Source: Nitrospinota bacterium (GTDB lineage: Bacteria; Nitrospinota; Nitrospinia; UBA9942). Taken from it: a stretch of DNA of 54,793 nucleotides. Both the position numbers and the translations under genes were made by a program. The stretch lies in assembly GCA_003489165.1 (NCBI GenBank), contig DNJG01000007.1, positions 1 through 54,793 of the forward strand, written 5' to 3'. Positions within the stretch are counted from its first letter, which is position 1. Each line of letters begins with the position of its first letter. Positions 9,014 through 16,393 of this stretch are shown in pieces. The notes under the pieces were generated by a model. It was not told the DNA's origin. It saw only the letters and a program-made list of their open reading frames with translations, and did no database searches.

Positions 9014-10942
9014 ATGAACGAACAGGAGCTTATACAAAAAGATATATTGGCATATTTGAAGCGGCAGGAAAACAAAGGGCTTCTCCGCTTTCTTACCTGC
9101 GGCTCTGTGGATGACGGCAAAAGCACCCTCATCGGCAGGCTTTTGCACGATAGTATGCTCATTTATGAAGACCAGCTCGCTTCTATAAAGAAAGAAAGCG
9201 AGAAAAGCGGCTCGGCAGGCGATGAGTTGGACCTATCTCTCCTCGTTGACGGACTTGCCGCAGAGAGAGAGCAGGGAATAACAATAGATGTGGCATATCG
9301 CTATTTCTCTACCGAAAGGCGCAAATTTATTATTGCAGATACGCCGGGGCATGAGCAGTATACACGCAATATGGCTACGGGGGCTTCTAATAGCGATTTA
9401 GCCGTTATTCTGGTTGACGCCCGTTACGGCATCCTGCCGCAAACAAAGAGGCACAGCTTTATATGCTCCCTCCTTGGCATAAAACATATAGTAGTAGCCG
9501 TAAATAAGATGGATCTCGTTGATTACAGTGAGGATGTATTTGAGAAGATATGCGATGACTATAGGTCGTTCTCCGTAAGGCTTGAAATAGACGACATCCA
9601 TTTCATCCCTATCTCTGCACTGAAGGGCGATAATGTAGTTGAGGCAAGCAATAAAATGACATGGTTTAAATCAGGTCCGCTTCTCAACTATCTTGAGACT
9701 GTTCATATTGCATCAGACCGCAATCTTATAGACTTACGGCTTCCAATCCAGTATGTCGTCAGACCCGACTTAAACTTCAGGGGCTTTGCAGGGACGATGG
9801 CATCGGGCATACTCCGTCCTGGAGATGAGGTGGTCGTTCTCCCCGGCGGACAGAAAAGCCATGTAAAAAAAATAGTCACATTTGACGGCAATTTAGAGGA
9901 GGCATTCCCTCCGCTATCAGTAACCCTCACACTTGAAGATGAGATAGATGTAAGCCGCGGCGATATCATCGCCCGTCCGGACAACCAGCCAAGGGTTGGA
10001 AGAGAACTGGAGGCAATGATTGTCTGGATGGCGGAGCAGCCAATGACACCTATGAACAGATACCTCTTTAAGCATACCTCTAACATGATTAGCGGAACTG
10101 TATCTATGCTTAGATACAGGATTAATGTAGATACCCTTGAAAGGGAAGACTCAAAGGAACTGAAAATGAACGAAGTGGGGCGGTGCAGGGTATCGCTGGA
10201 GCGGTCAATCCCCTTTGACCCTTATAAAAGAAACCGCACTACAGGTGCATTCATAATTATAGACAGACTCACCTTTAACACCGTAGGTGCAGGTATGATA
10301 ATTGACCGCGAGGCAGAAGGCGAGGATGGAAAGGATTTCTGGGGTGTAGAAGTATCGGATGAATTTTTAAGACATCAAAAGAGTCGTGTATCCATAAAAG
10401 AAAGGATAGAACTTCACAAGCACGAGCCTTTGACTATACTTCTTACAGGTCTTCCATTCACTGGAAAGACAACTATAGCCTATGCCCTTGAAAGACGGCT
10501 CTTTGACAATAGACTAACAGTTACTGTGCTTGACGGGTCAGATATGAGGAGCGGCATCAGCAAGGATTTGGGTTTTACTGCAAAGGAAAGGTCGGAAAAC
10601 ATGCGCCGTGCAGCCGAAATTGCACTTATGTTCAATAATTCAGGGTTAATCTGCATCTGCTCATTTGTTGCTCCAGATGCCGGGGTGCGTGAAAAAGCGC
10701 GAAAATTGATTGGCGGTGACCGTTTCTTAGAGATATATCTCACTGCCTCGGAAGAGACCCGCCGCAAACGCGACGAACAGGGTGCATATAATAAGGCAGA
10801 CAAAGGGGAGATAAATGAATTCCCGGGAATATCGGCGGCTTATGATGTGCCTGAGTCACCAGACCTTATTCTTGAAACCGATAAGCTAAATGTTGAGGAG
10901 TGTGTGGACAGGATAATACGTCTGCTGGAAAAGAGGAGATAA
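9014..10942 (+). CDS. cysNC: Bifunctional sulfate adenylyltransferase subunit 1 (GTPase) / adenylylsulfate kinase
   Basis: 642 aa. The N-terminal translational-GTPase domain has GSVDDGKST, DTPGH and NKMD. The C-terminal APS-kinase domain has a P-loop LTGLPFTGKTT. Confidence 0.92.
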   Translation: MNEQELIQKDILAYLKRQENKGLLRFLTCGSVDDGKSTLIGRLLHDSMLIYEDQLASIKKESEKSGSAGDELDLSLLVDGLAAEREQGITIDVAYRYFSTERRKFIIADTPGHEQYTRNMATGASNSDLAVILVDARYGILPQTKRHSFICSLLGIKHIVVAVNKMDLVDYSEDVFEKICDDYRSFSVRLEIDDIHFIPISALKGDNVVEASNKMTWFKSGPLLNYLETVHIASDRNLIDLRLPIQYVVRPDLNFRGFAGTMASGILRPGDEVVVLPGGQKSHVKKIVTFDGNLEEAFPPLSVTLTLEDEIDVSRGDIIARPDNQPRVGRELEAMIVWMAEQPMTPMNRYLFKHTSNMISGTVSMLRYRINVDTLEREDSKELKMNEVGRCRVSLERSIPFDPYKRNRTTGAFIIIDRLTFNTVGAGMIIDREAEGEDGKDFWGVEVSDEFLRHQKSRVSIKERIELHKHEPLTILLTGLPFTGKTTIAYALERRLFDNRLTVTVLDGSDMRSGISKDLGFTAKERSENMRRAAEIALMFNNSGLICICSFVAPDAGVREKARKLIGGDRFLEIYLTASEETRRKRDEQGAYNKADKGEINEFPGISAAYDVPESPDLILETDKLNVEECVDRIIRLLEKRR

Positions 10943-10952
10943 AAATTGGAAG

Positions 10953-11086
10953 CAACCACAGATAAACACGGATGAACACAGAATTTTTTAGATGCAAGAT
11001 GCAAGAAAAAAATCTTACTTCTGGCTTCTCACCTCTTGCTTCTTGTTTTTCTCTGTGCCTCTGTATCTCAGTGCTTTAATTATGTT
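10953..11086. repeat. CCACAGA-type palindromic repeat, diverged copy F, with internal GATGCAA x2 and degenerate CTTCTGR units
   Basis: Left arm CAACCACAGATAAACACGGATGAACACAGAA; right arm TTCTCTGTGCCTCTGTATCTCAGTG. Confidence 0.7.
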
Positions 11087-11132
11087 TTTGTTCCTATAAG
11101 GTATTTTAACAATTCTAATGGAGGTGATAATT

Positions 11133-12170
11133 ATGTCAAAGATAAAGTCAAAAAAGGATATGAGAATCACTGTTGACCATAATCTGGAGGAGAATGTTAA
11201 AAAGAAGATTGTTGTTGATGCTGAGATTGAAGGCAAGGTTGGAAAGATAGATTTTAATGAATTGAAGTCCGGCGGTTTTATAAAACAGAGACAGAAGGAT
11301 CTATTTACCGCAAGGATGAGATGCCCTGGCGGAAGGATACCGGTCAAGAAACTGAAGAAGATTGCAGAGATTGCTGAAAAATACGGCGGGGAATATGTCC
11401 ACTTAAGCTTCAGGCAGTCCCTTGAAATCCCCTATGTTAATTATAAAAGCTTCAACAAGATGATAGAAGAACTAAAAGAGGTAGACCAGAATATTGCCTC
11501 TTGCGGCCCAAGAGTAAGAGTGCCTACAGCATGCAGCGGTTGTGAATACAATCCAAATGGACTGACAGACACTCAGAAAATGGCACAGGTGGTAAATGAA
11601 AAATTCTTCGGATATAGGTGTAATCATAAATTTAAAATATCATTTTCTGGCTGTCCCATAGATTGTGCAAGGACAAATGAGATGGACTTGGGATTTCAGG
11701 GCGCTGTATTTCCCGAATGGAATGAAGACCCATGCACAGGATGCACTATATGTGCATCTGCATGTCTGGAAGGGGCTATAGTTCCGCATCCACAAACAGG
11801 AAAACCTATATTTGATGTATCTAAATGCCTATATTGTTCCGATTGTATAAGGGCATGTCCCACAGGTGCATGGCAGCCCGGCAAGATAGGGCATGTGGTA
11901 AGAATTGGGGGAAGGCATGGGAGACATCCGCTAAACGGCTCTGTTATAGCCAAATTCATAACTGATGAGGAGGTTCCAAAGGTAATAGAGATCGTTCTTG
12001 AATGGTATAAAAAGAATGGCGAGGGCAAAGGCAGGGTAAGGATAGGAGAAATACTTATGGAGCCGGGGAAACTTGAGAGCTTAGTTAAAGAACTTGAAAA
12101 AGCTATTGGCGGCAAGGTTATAAAAAGTGCAAAACCGCCTCATGCGGTTCATATAAATCAATATGATTAA
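11133..12170 (+). CDS. Sulfite reductase-like protein (nitrite/sulfite reductase fold with inserted 2x[4Fe-4S] ferredoxin domain; Dsr/Asr-like small type)
   Basis: SFSGCPIDCA siroheme-FeS CxxxC motif and two ferredoxin motifs (CTGCTICASACLEGA, CLYCSDCIRACPTGA). Sits in the cys operon. SD GGAGGTG precedes the ATG at 11133; the tracked start at 11118 is less likely. Confidence 0.7.
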   Translation: MSKIKSKKDMRITVDHNLEENVKKKIVVDAEIEGKVGKIDFNELKSGGFIKQRQKDLFTARMRCPGGRIPVKKLKKIAEIAEKYGGEYVHLSFRQSLEIPYVNYKSFNKMIEELKEVDQNIASCGPRVRVPTACSGCEYNPNGLTDTQKMAQVVNEKFFGYRCNHKFKISFSGCPIDCARTNEMDLGFQGAVFPEWNEDPCTGCTICASACLEGAIVPHPQTGKPIFDVSKCLYCSDCIRACPTGAWQPGKIGHVVRIGGRHGRHPLNGSVIAKFITDEEVPKVIEIVLEWYKKNGEGKGRVRIGEILMEPGKLESLVKELEKAIGGKVIKSAKPPHAVHINQYD

Positions 12171-12205
12171 TTTCAGTATTTAAGAAAGGAGGTTTTAAAC
12201 ACATT

Positions 12206-12466
12206 ATGAGCAATGTAAAAGTAAGTGCGAACACAGATATCGGAGTAGATGACTCAATAAATCTCTCCAATGAAGTCTGTCCTATGACCTTCGTCCTAAC
12301 GAAGATGAAACTGGATGCCTTGAAGCCCGGCCAGCATCTTGAGGTCGTATTGCCCGCAGGAGAACCGGTGAGAAATGTCTCTATAAGTGTTAAAGAAGAA
12401 GGTCATAAGGTTTTAAAGGTAGAAAAGATGGGTGATTTTTTCAGGCTTATAATAGAGAAGGGATGA
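12206..12466 (+). CDS. TusA/SirA-family sulfur-carrier protein
   Basis: 86 aa with a conserved Cys-Pro motif (EVCPMTFVLTKMKLDAL). SD AGGAGG upstream. Confidence 0.75.
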   Translation: MSNVKVSANTDIGVDDSINLSNEVCPMTFVLTKMKLDALKPGQHLEVVLPAGEPVRNVSISVKEEGHKVLKVEKMGDFFRLIIEKG

Positions 12467-12472
12467 GAAAAA

Positions 12473-13171
12473 ATGAAAAAAATAGATGAAGCGGAAATAG
12501 AAAGACTTGGATTGGAGTTTGAGAAAAAAACTCCTCAAGAGATTATCAGGTTTGCTTTAGATAAATATGGCAACAGGGTGTCCTTTGCATCAAGCTTTGG
12601 TGCGGAAGATGTAGCAATAATAGACATGATTACAAAGATAAAACCCGGGGTAAGGGTGTTTACTTTGGAAACAGGTTATCTCTTTCCAGAGACACACGAT
12701 GTTATAAAGCGGATTAAAGAAAAATATAATATAAAACTTGAAACTTATGCCCCTTCTACGACTGTAGAGGAATTTGAGAGACAGTATGGAAAACTATATG
12801 AGACAGACCCTGATAAGTGCTGTGCAATAAGAAAGATTGAGCCTTTAAACAGGGCAATAGCAGATAACTTAGATGCATGGATTACAGGTATAAGGAGGGA
12901 CCAGTCACCTACAAGGGCGAATACAAAAAAGGTAGAGGTGGATAAGAAATTTAATCTTGTGAAATTCAATCCAATAGCCGATTGGATATCTGAAAAAGTA
13001 TGGAATTATATAAGAAAGAACAATGTCCCGTATAATGTCCTCCACAATAAAAATTATCCAAGCATAGGCTGTGCCCCCTGCACAAAGCCTGTAAAATCAG
13101 GGGAAGACCCGAGGGCAGGAAGATGGGCAGGAAAAGAAAAAACAGAGTGCGGACTACATACATCTAAATAA
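12473..13171 (+). CDS. cysH: Adenylylsulfate (APS)/PAPS reductase, FeS-cluster-containing type
   Basis: 232 aa with a C-terminal ECGLH catalytic motif. It also has the KCCAIRK and CAPC cysteine pairs that mark the [4Fe-4S] APS-reductase subclass. Confidence 0.88.
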   Translation: MKKIDEAEIERLGLEFEKKTPQEIIRFALDKYGNRVSFASSFGAEDVAIIDMITKIKPGVRVFTLETGYLFPETHDVIKRIKEKYNIKLETYAPSTTVEEFERQYGKLYETDPDKCCAIRKIEPLNRAIADNLDAWITGIRRDQSPTRANTKKVEVDKKFNLVKFNPIADWISEKVWNYIRKNNVPYNVLHNKNYPSIGCAPCTKPVKSGEDPRAGRWAGKEKTECGLHTSK

Positions 13172-13204
13172 TTTAAGATTGAATATTTATAAAGTCTCCT
13201 ATAA

Positions 13205-13237
13205 TTTTCAATTTTCAGTCTTCAATCTTCAATCAAG
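13205..13237. repeat. Tandem heptamer array TYTTCAR x4.5 abutting the PiT start codon
   Basis: TTTTCAA TTTTCAG TCTTCAA TCTTCAA TCAAG, followed directly by the ATG at 13238. A complementary AAGATTGAA lies at 13175-13183. Confidence 0.75.
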
Positions 13238-14218
13238 ATGGAAACCATTCACATAATCGCAATAGGTATATCCTTTCTCCTCGCTATGAATATAGGTGCA
13301 TCCAACTCTGCCGCAGAGATGGCTGCTGCTTACGGTGCAGGCGCGCGCACTAAAAGAGAAGCAGTAACACTGATTGCTATATTTGCATTGCTCGGTGCAA
13401 TAATCAGCGGCGGTGCTGTAATAAAAACTCTCGGAAGCGGATTAGTTCCAGGCAATACTTTCTCTGACACCTTTGCAACTGTATTTATAGTCCTAATTGT
13501 AGCCACTACTTTTGTAATATTTGCAAATTACTTAAAATCACCTATTGCCACAACCCATGCAATAGTATGTGCTGTTGTAGGGGTCGGACTTTATACAGGC
13601 GAATTAAATACGAAAAAATTTATCCAGATAATAATATGGTGGATTCTCACCCCTTCCCTTGCCTTTATACTCAACTATCTTATTGGTAAATATCTATATT
13701 TCAAGATACTCCATTATCTTACAACCCTTGGTTCTGAAGAAAAGATAAAGAAATTGCTTTCCATTATAATAACTATATCAGGGTGTTATGTCGCATTCTC
13801 CGCAGGCTCAAATAACGCTGCAAATGCAGTAGGTGCAATTGTCGGAGCGGGGGTTATACCATCTTCAAATGCCTCTATACTTGCTGGACTTGGGATGGGG
13901 CTTGGGGCTATACTATTTGGCGGGAGGATACTTGATACAGTTGGAAAAGGAATCACTGATATTGGTATTGTAAGGGCAATATCCATTGAATCAACAGGTG
14001 CAACAATAATATATATTGCATCTCTCATGGGTATTCCTGTATCACTAAATGAGACAATTACAGCAGGAATAATTGCTACCTCATGTGCCAGAGCAGGTTT
14101 TAAAAAGACTGCAAAAAATGAGCATGTTGTAAGAATACTATTTTTCTGGTTTATTGCACCATTCTTTGCTGTAGGTTTAAGTTATGGATTGACTGCACTA
14201 TGGATGAATTTAAAATAG
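13238..14218 (+). CDS. PiT-family inorganic anion permease, probably a sulfate permease given the operon context (CysP-like)
   Basis: 326 aa polytopic protein with duplicated PiT signatures (GASNSAAEMAAAYG, GSNNAANAVGAIVG). A PiT-family sulfate permease in a cysH operon is known from Bacillus subtilis CysP. Confidence 0.75.
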   Translation: METIHIIAIGISFLLAMNIGASNSAAEMAAAYGAGARTKREAVTLIAIFALLGAIISGGAVIKTLGSGLVPGNTFSDTFATVFIVLIVATTFVIFANYLKSPIATTHAIVCAVVGVGLYTGELNTKKFIQIIIWWILTPSLAFILNYLIGKYLYFKILHYLTTLGSEEKIKKLLSIIITISGCYVAFSAGSNNAANAVGAIVGAGVIPSSNASILAGLGMGLGAILFGGRILDTVGKGITDIGIVRAISIESTGATIIYIASLMGIPVSLNETITAGIIATSCARAGFKKTAKNEHVVRILFFWFIAPFFAVGLSYGLTALWMNLK

Positions 14219-14454
14219 ACAAAGAGTTAAATCTGAAAGGAACTATCTGTCCATATAATTTTATTAAGACAAAACTTGCCATTGAAGGCATGGACAAAGG
14301 GCAGATAATAAGGGTCATTGTTGATTTTCCAACAGCACCAGATGATGTATCAAGAGGGATGGAATACGAAGGGCATACTATTTTAAAAATGAATCAGCTA
14401 AATCAAACAGACTATGAGATTGTCATAAAAAAAGGGGATGGGCAAGAGAATTAG
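14200..14454 (+). CDS. TusA/SirA-family sulfur-carrier protein (second copy)
   Basis: 84 aa with a GTICPYNFIKTKLAIEGM Cys-Pro motif. Overlaps the permease 3' end by 19 nt. Confidence 0.7.
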   Translation: MDEFKIDKELNLKGTICPYNFIKTKLAIEGMDKGQIIRVIVDFPTAPDDVSRGMEYEGHTILKMNQLNQTDYEIVIKKGDGQEN

Positions 14455-14470
14455 AGTAATTTTAAAATTT

Positions 14471-15040
14471 GCTGGAGCAGATTATAAGCCGGATTCTGTC
14501 CACCACTTAAAGTGGGAGATGACCATTTATCTGCCCTTTATGTCGCCATAAAGGTTTAGCGGCTTACCCGAAGACATCGGACGGGCAGTCCTATCGCCTT
14601 CCTATTTAGCCTTGCTCCGGGTGGGGTTTTCCATGCCCATGATGTCACCACCATGGCGGTGAGCTCTTACCTCGCCTTTTCACCCTTACCCCGCACACCA
14701 TGAAACATGAAAGAACAAAAACATGATTAACCACAGAGGTCACAGAGAAAGAAAAAAAATAAAGACACTGAAAGACACAGATAAATTATGATTAACACAG
14801 AAATAAAGAACCATAAAAACCATAAATAATCAGTGTAAATCTGTGTCAAAAAATTTAGTTTTTCTTCTGTATTCTCTGTGGCAAATTTTCATGCTTCATT
14901 ATATGTGCGGGGCGGTATATTTTCTGTGGCACTATCCGTAAGGTCGCCCCTCCTTCCTGTTAGGAAGCACCCTGCCCTCTGGAGTCCGGACTTTCCTCCC
15001 CCACACTTATGTGTGGGAGCGGCCATCCATCTGCTCCAGC
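14471..15040 (-). ncRNA. rnpB: RNase P RNA, bacterial type A, with a ~180-nt repeat insertion in P12
   Basis: P1 GCUGGAGCAG pairs with CUGCUCCAGC. GGGAGGAAAGUCCGGACUCC, AAGGGUGAAAAGGCGAGGUAAGAGCUCACC, CCCACCCGGAGCAAGGCUAAAUAGG and ACAGAAUCCGGCUUAUAA all occur in canonical order on the minus strand. Confidence 0.9.
14710..14889. repeat. CCACAGAG-type palindromic repeat, copy B, inserted in the rnpB P12 loop
   Basis: Near-identical to copy A, but the right arm has one fewer 8-mer unit. Flanked by the P12 arms CCCCGCACA / UGUGCGGGG. Confidence 0.9.
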
Positions 15041-15054
15041 AAATAAATAATACA

Positions 15055-15144
15055 GACTAAAAGTCTAAGAGTCTAAGAGAAAATGATAAAAATCAAATGA
15101 TTTAAACTTTTAGACTTTTAGACCCTTAGTCTCTTAGACTCTTA
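15055..15144. repeat. Inverted tandem-octamer hairpin (AGTCTAAG x2 ... CTTAGACT-like x4) between the Zn-ribbon gene and rnpB
   Basis: AAGTCTAAGAGTCTAAGAG ... CTTTTAGACTTTTAGACCCTTAGTCTCTTAGACTCTTA. Probable stem-loop or terminator on the minus-strand transcript. Confidence 0.8.
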
Positions 15145-15849
15145 CTATCCTGTCCAGTAAAGCACCCTCTGGCAGTGGGGACATTTAATAAGAACTTCAT
15201 TTTTTCTGATTTCACTTGCCAATTGTGGAGGAAGGCTTAAAAAACAACCCTGACATATCCCGTCTGAAAATCTTGCCACTGCTATCCCTTCTCTGTTCTT
15301 ACTCACCTTGAGGTAATTCTGAAGAACTTTATTGTCCAGTGAACTGCTTATGGATTCCCTCTGCTGTTTTTTTTCTTCTATAGTTTTTTTAAATCCCTCT
15401 GTATCTTTTTCTTTTTCTCCTTTAACCTCCTGAAATCTTTTCTCTTCTTCCTTGAGTAGTTTTTCCTTTTCTTTTAGTGTCTTTTGTTCTTCATCTATTA
15501 GCTCCATCAAGTTTAAATCTTCGTCTTCTAATTTTTTTATCTTCTCCTTCGCACTATCAACCTCTTTAAGAAGGGCTGAATATTCTTCATTTGTTTTAAC
15601 CTGAGAGAGTTTGACCTTTGTCTTAGAGATATGGTCATTTTCAATCTCAACCCCCCTCTCCTTCTCACGTCTGTCTTTATTATGCAGGTCTAACTTTTGT
15701 TTAATCTGGACTATCTCTTCTTTTATCTGCTGGCAGATATGATATAGCTGGTCTATCTCCTGAGGTATTTTTTTATAATTATCTTCTAATTTCCCGAGTT
15801 CAATATCAATATCTTGAAGATTTATCAGCAACTCCAATTGCCTATTCAC
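15145..15849 (-). CDS. C4-type zinc-ribbon / coiled-coil protein (COG1579-like)
   Basis: 234 aa: a long Glu/Lys coiled coil followed by CQGC...CPHCQRVLYW. Confidence 0.7.
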   Translation of the reverse strand: MNRQLELLINLQDIDIELGKLEDNYKKIPQEIDQLYHICQQIKEEIVQIKQKLDLHNKDRREKERGVEIENDHISKTKVKLSQVKTNEEYSALLKEVDSAKEKIKKLEDEDLNLMELIDEEQKTLKEKEKLLKEEEKRFQEVKGEKEKDTEGFKKTIEEKKQQRESISSSLDNKVLQNYLKVSKNREGIAVARFSDGICQGCFLSLPPQLASEIRKNEVLIKCPHCQRVLYWTG

Positions 15850-15874
15850 TCTTAAATACTACCATACCTTAGCT

Positions 15875-16393
15875 TTAAAATCTATTCAGTATGTCCTCTA
15901 TAAGTTTTTTGTTCAATTCACCCTTAAATTTTTCCTTTATCCTCCCTTCACGGTCAATGAAAAATGTAACCGGCAGCCCAATCACTCCATAATCCATTGA
16001 TACCTTCAGATCAGAGTCTATAAGTATAGTAAATTCTACCCCTTTTTCTGATATAAATTTTTTGACCCTGTCATAACTTTCATTGTAATTTATACCTATA
16101 ACCTCAATACCCTCACCCTTTCTATTATTATAAACCTCTTGTAAGAGAGGCATCTCATTGACACAGGGCGGACACCATGTTGCCCAAAAATTGAGCATAA
16201 CCTTTTTACCTTTGTAATAATCAAGGTTTATAGCCTTTTTGCTTAAATCGGTCAAGGCAAAGTTAGGTGCATAGCTACCAATATTTACATTAGTGTTCTC
16301 ATTATCCCTTTTACATCCTGATATTATTATTGCCAAAAGAAAAATAATGAAGAAAGCAATTTGATTATGCCTGCCGAATTTATCTTTATTCAT
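15875..16393 (-). CDS. TlpA/ResA-family periplasmic thiol:disulfide oxidoreductase (lipoprotein)
   Basis: FWATWCPPCVNEMP thioredoxin motif. Signal peptide with lipobox IISGC. Confidence 0.85.
   Translation of the reverse strand: MNKDKFGRHNQIAFFIIFLLAIIISGCKRDNENTNVNIGSYAPNFALTDLSKKAINLDYYKGKKVMLNFWATWCPPCVNEMPLLQEVYNNRKGEGIEVIGINYNESYDRVKKFISEKGVEFTILIDSDLKVSMDYGVIGLPVTFFIDREGRIKEKFKGELNKKLIEDILNRF

Noticed and set aside
8938-9162. 74-aa minus-strand ORF. Similar repeat-derived ORFs are 11015-11347, 18611-18853 and 54437-54745.
   Set aside because: Each is largely a translation of the palindromic or heptamer repeat elements (for example the recurring SEVRSQK peptides), or is antisense to a well-supported gene. 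None has an SD or any recognisable domain.
14878-15060. 60-aa ORF on the plus strand
   Set aside because: It lies entirely antisense within the 5' half of the RNase P RNA gene, so it is a spurious translation of a structured RNA.
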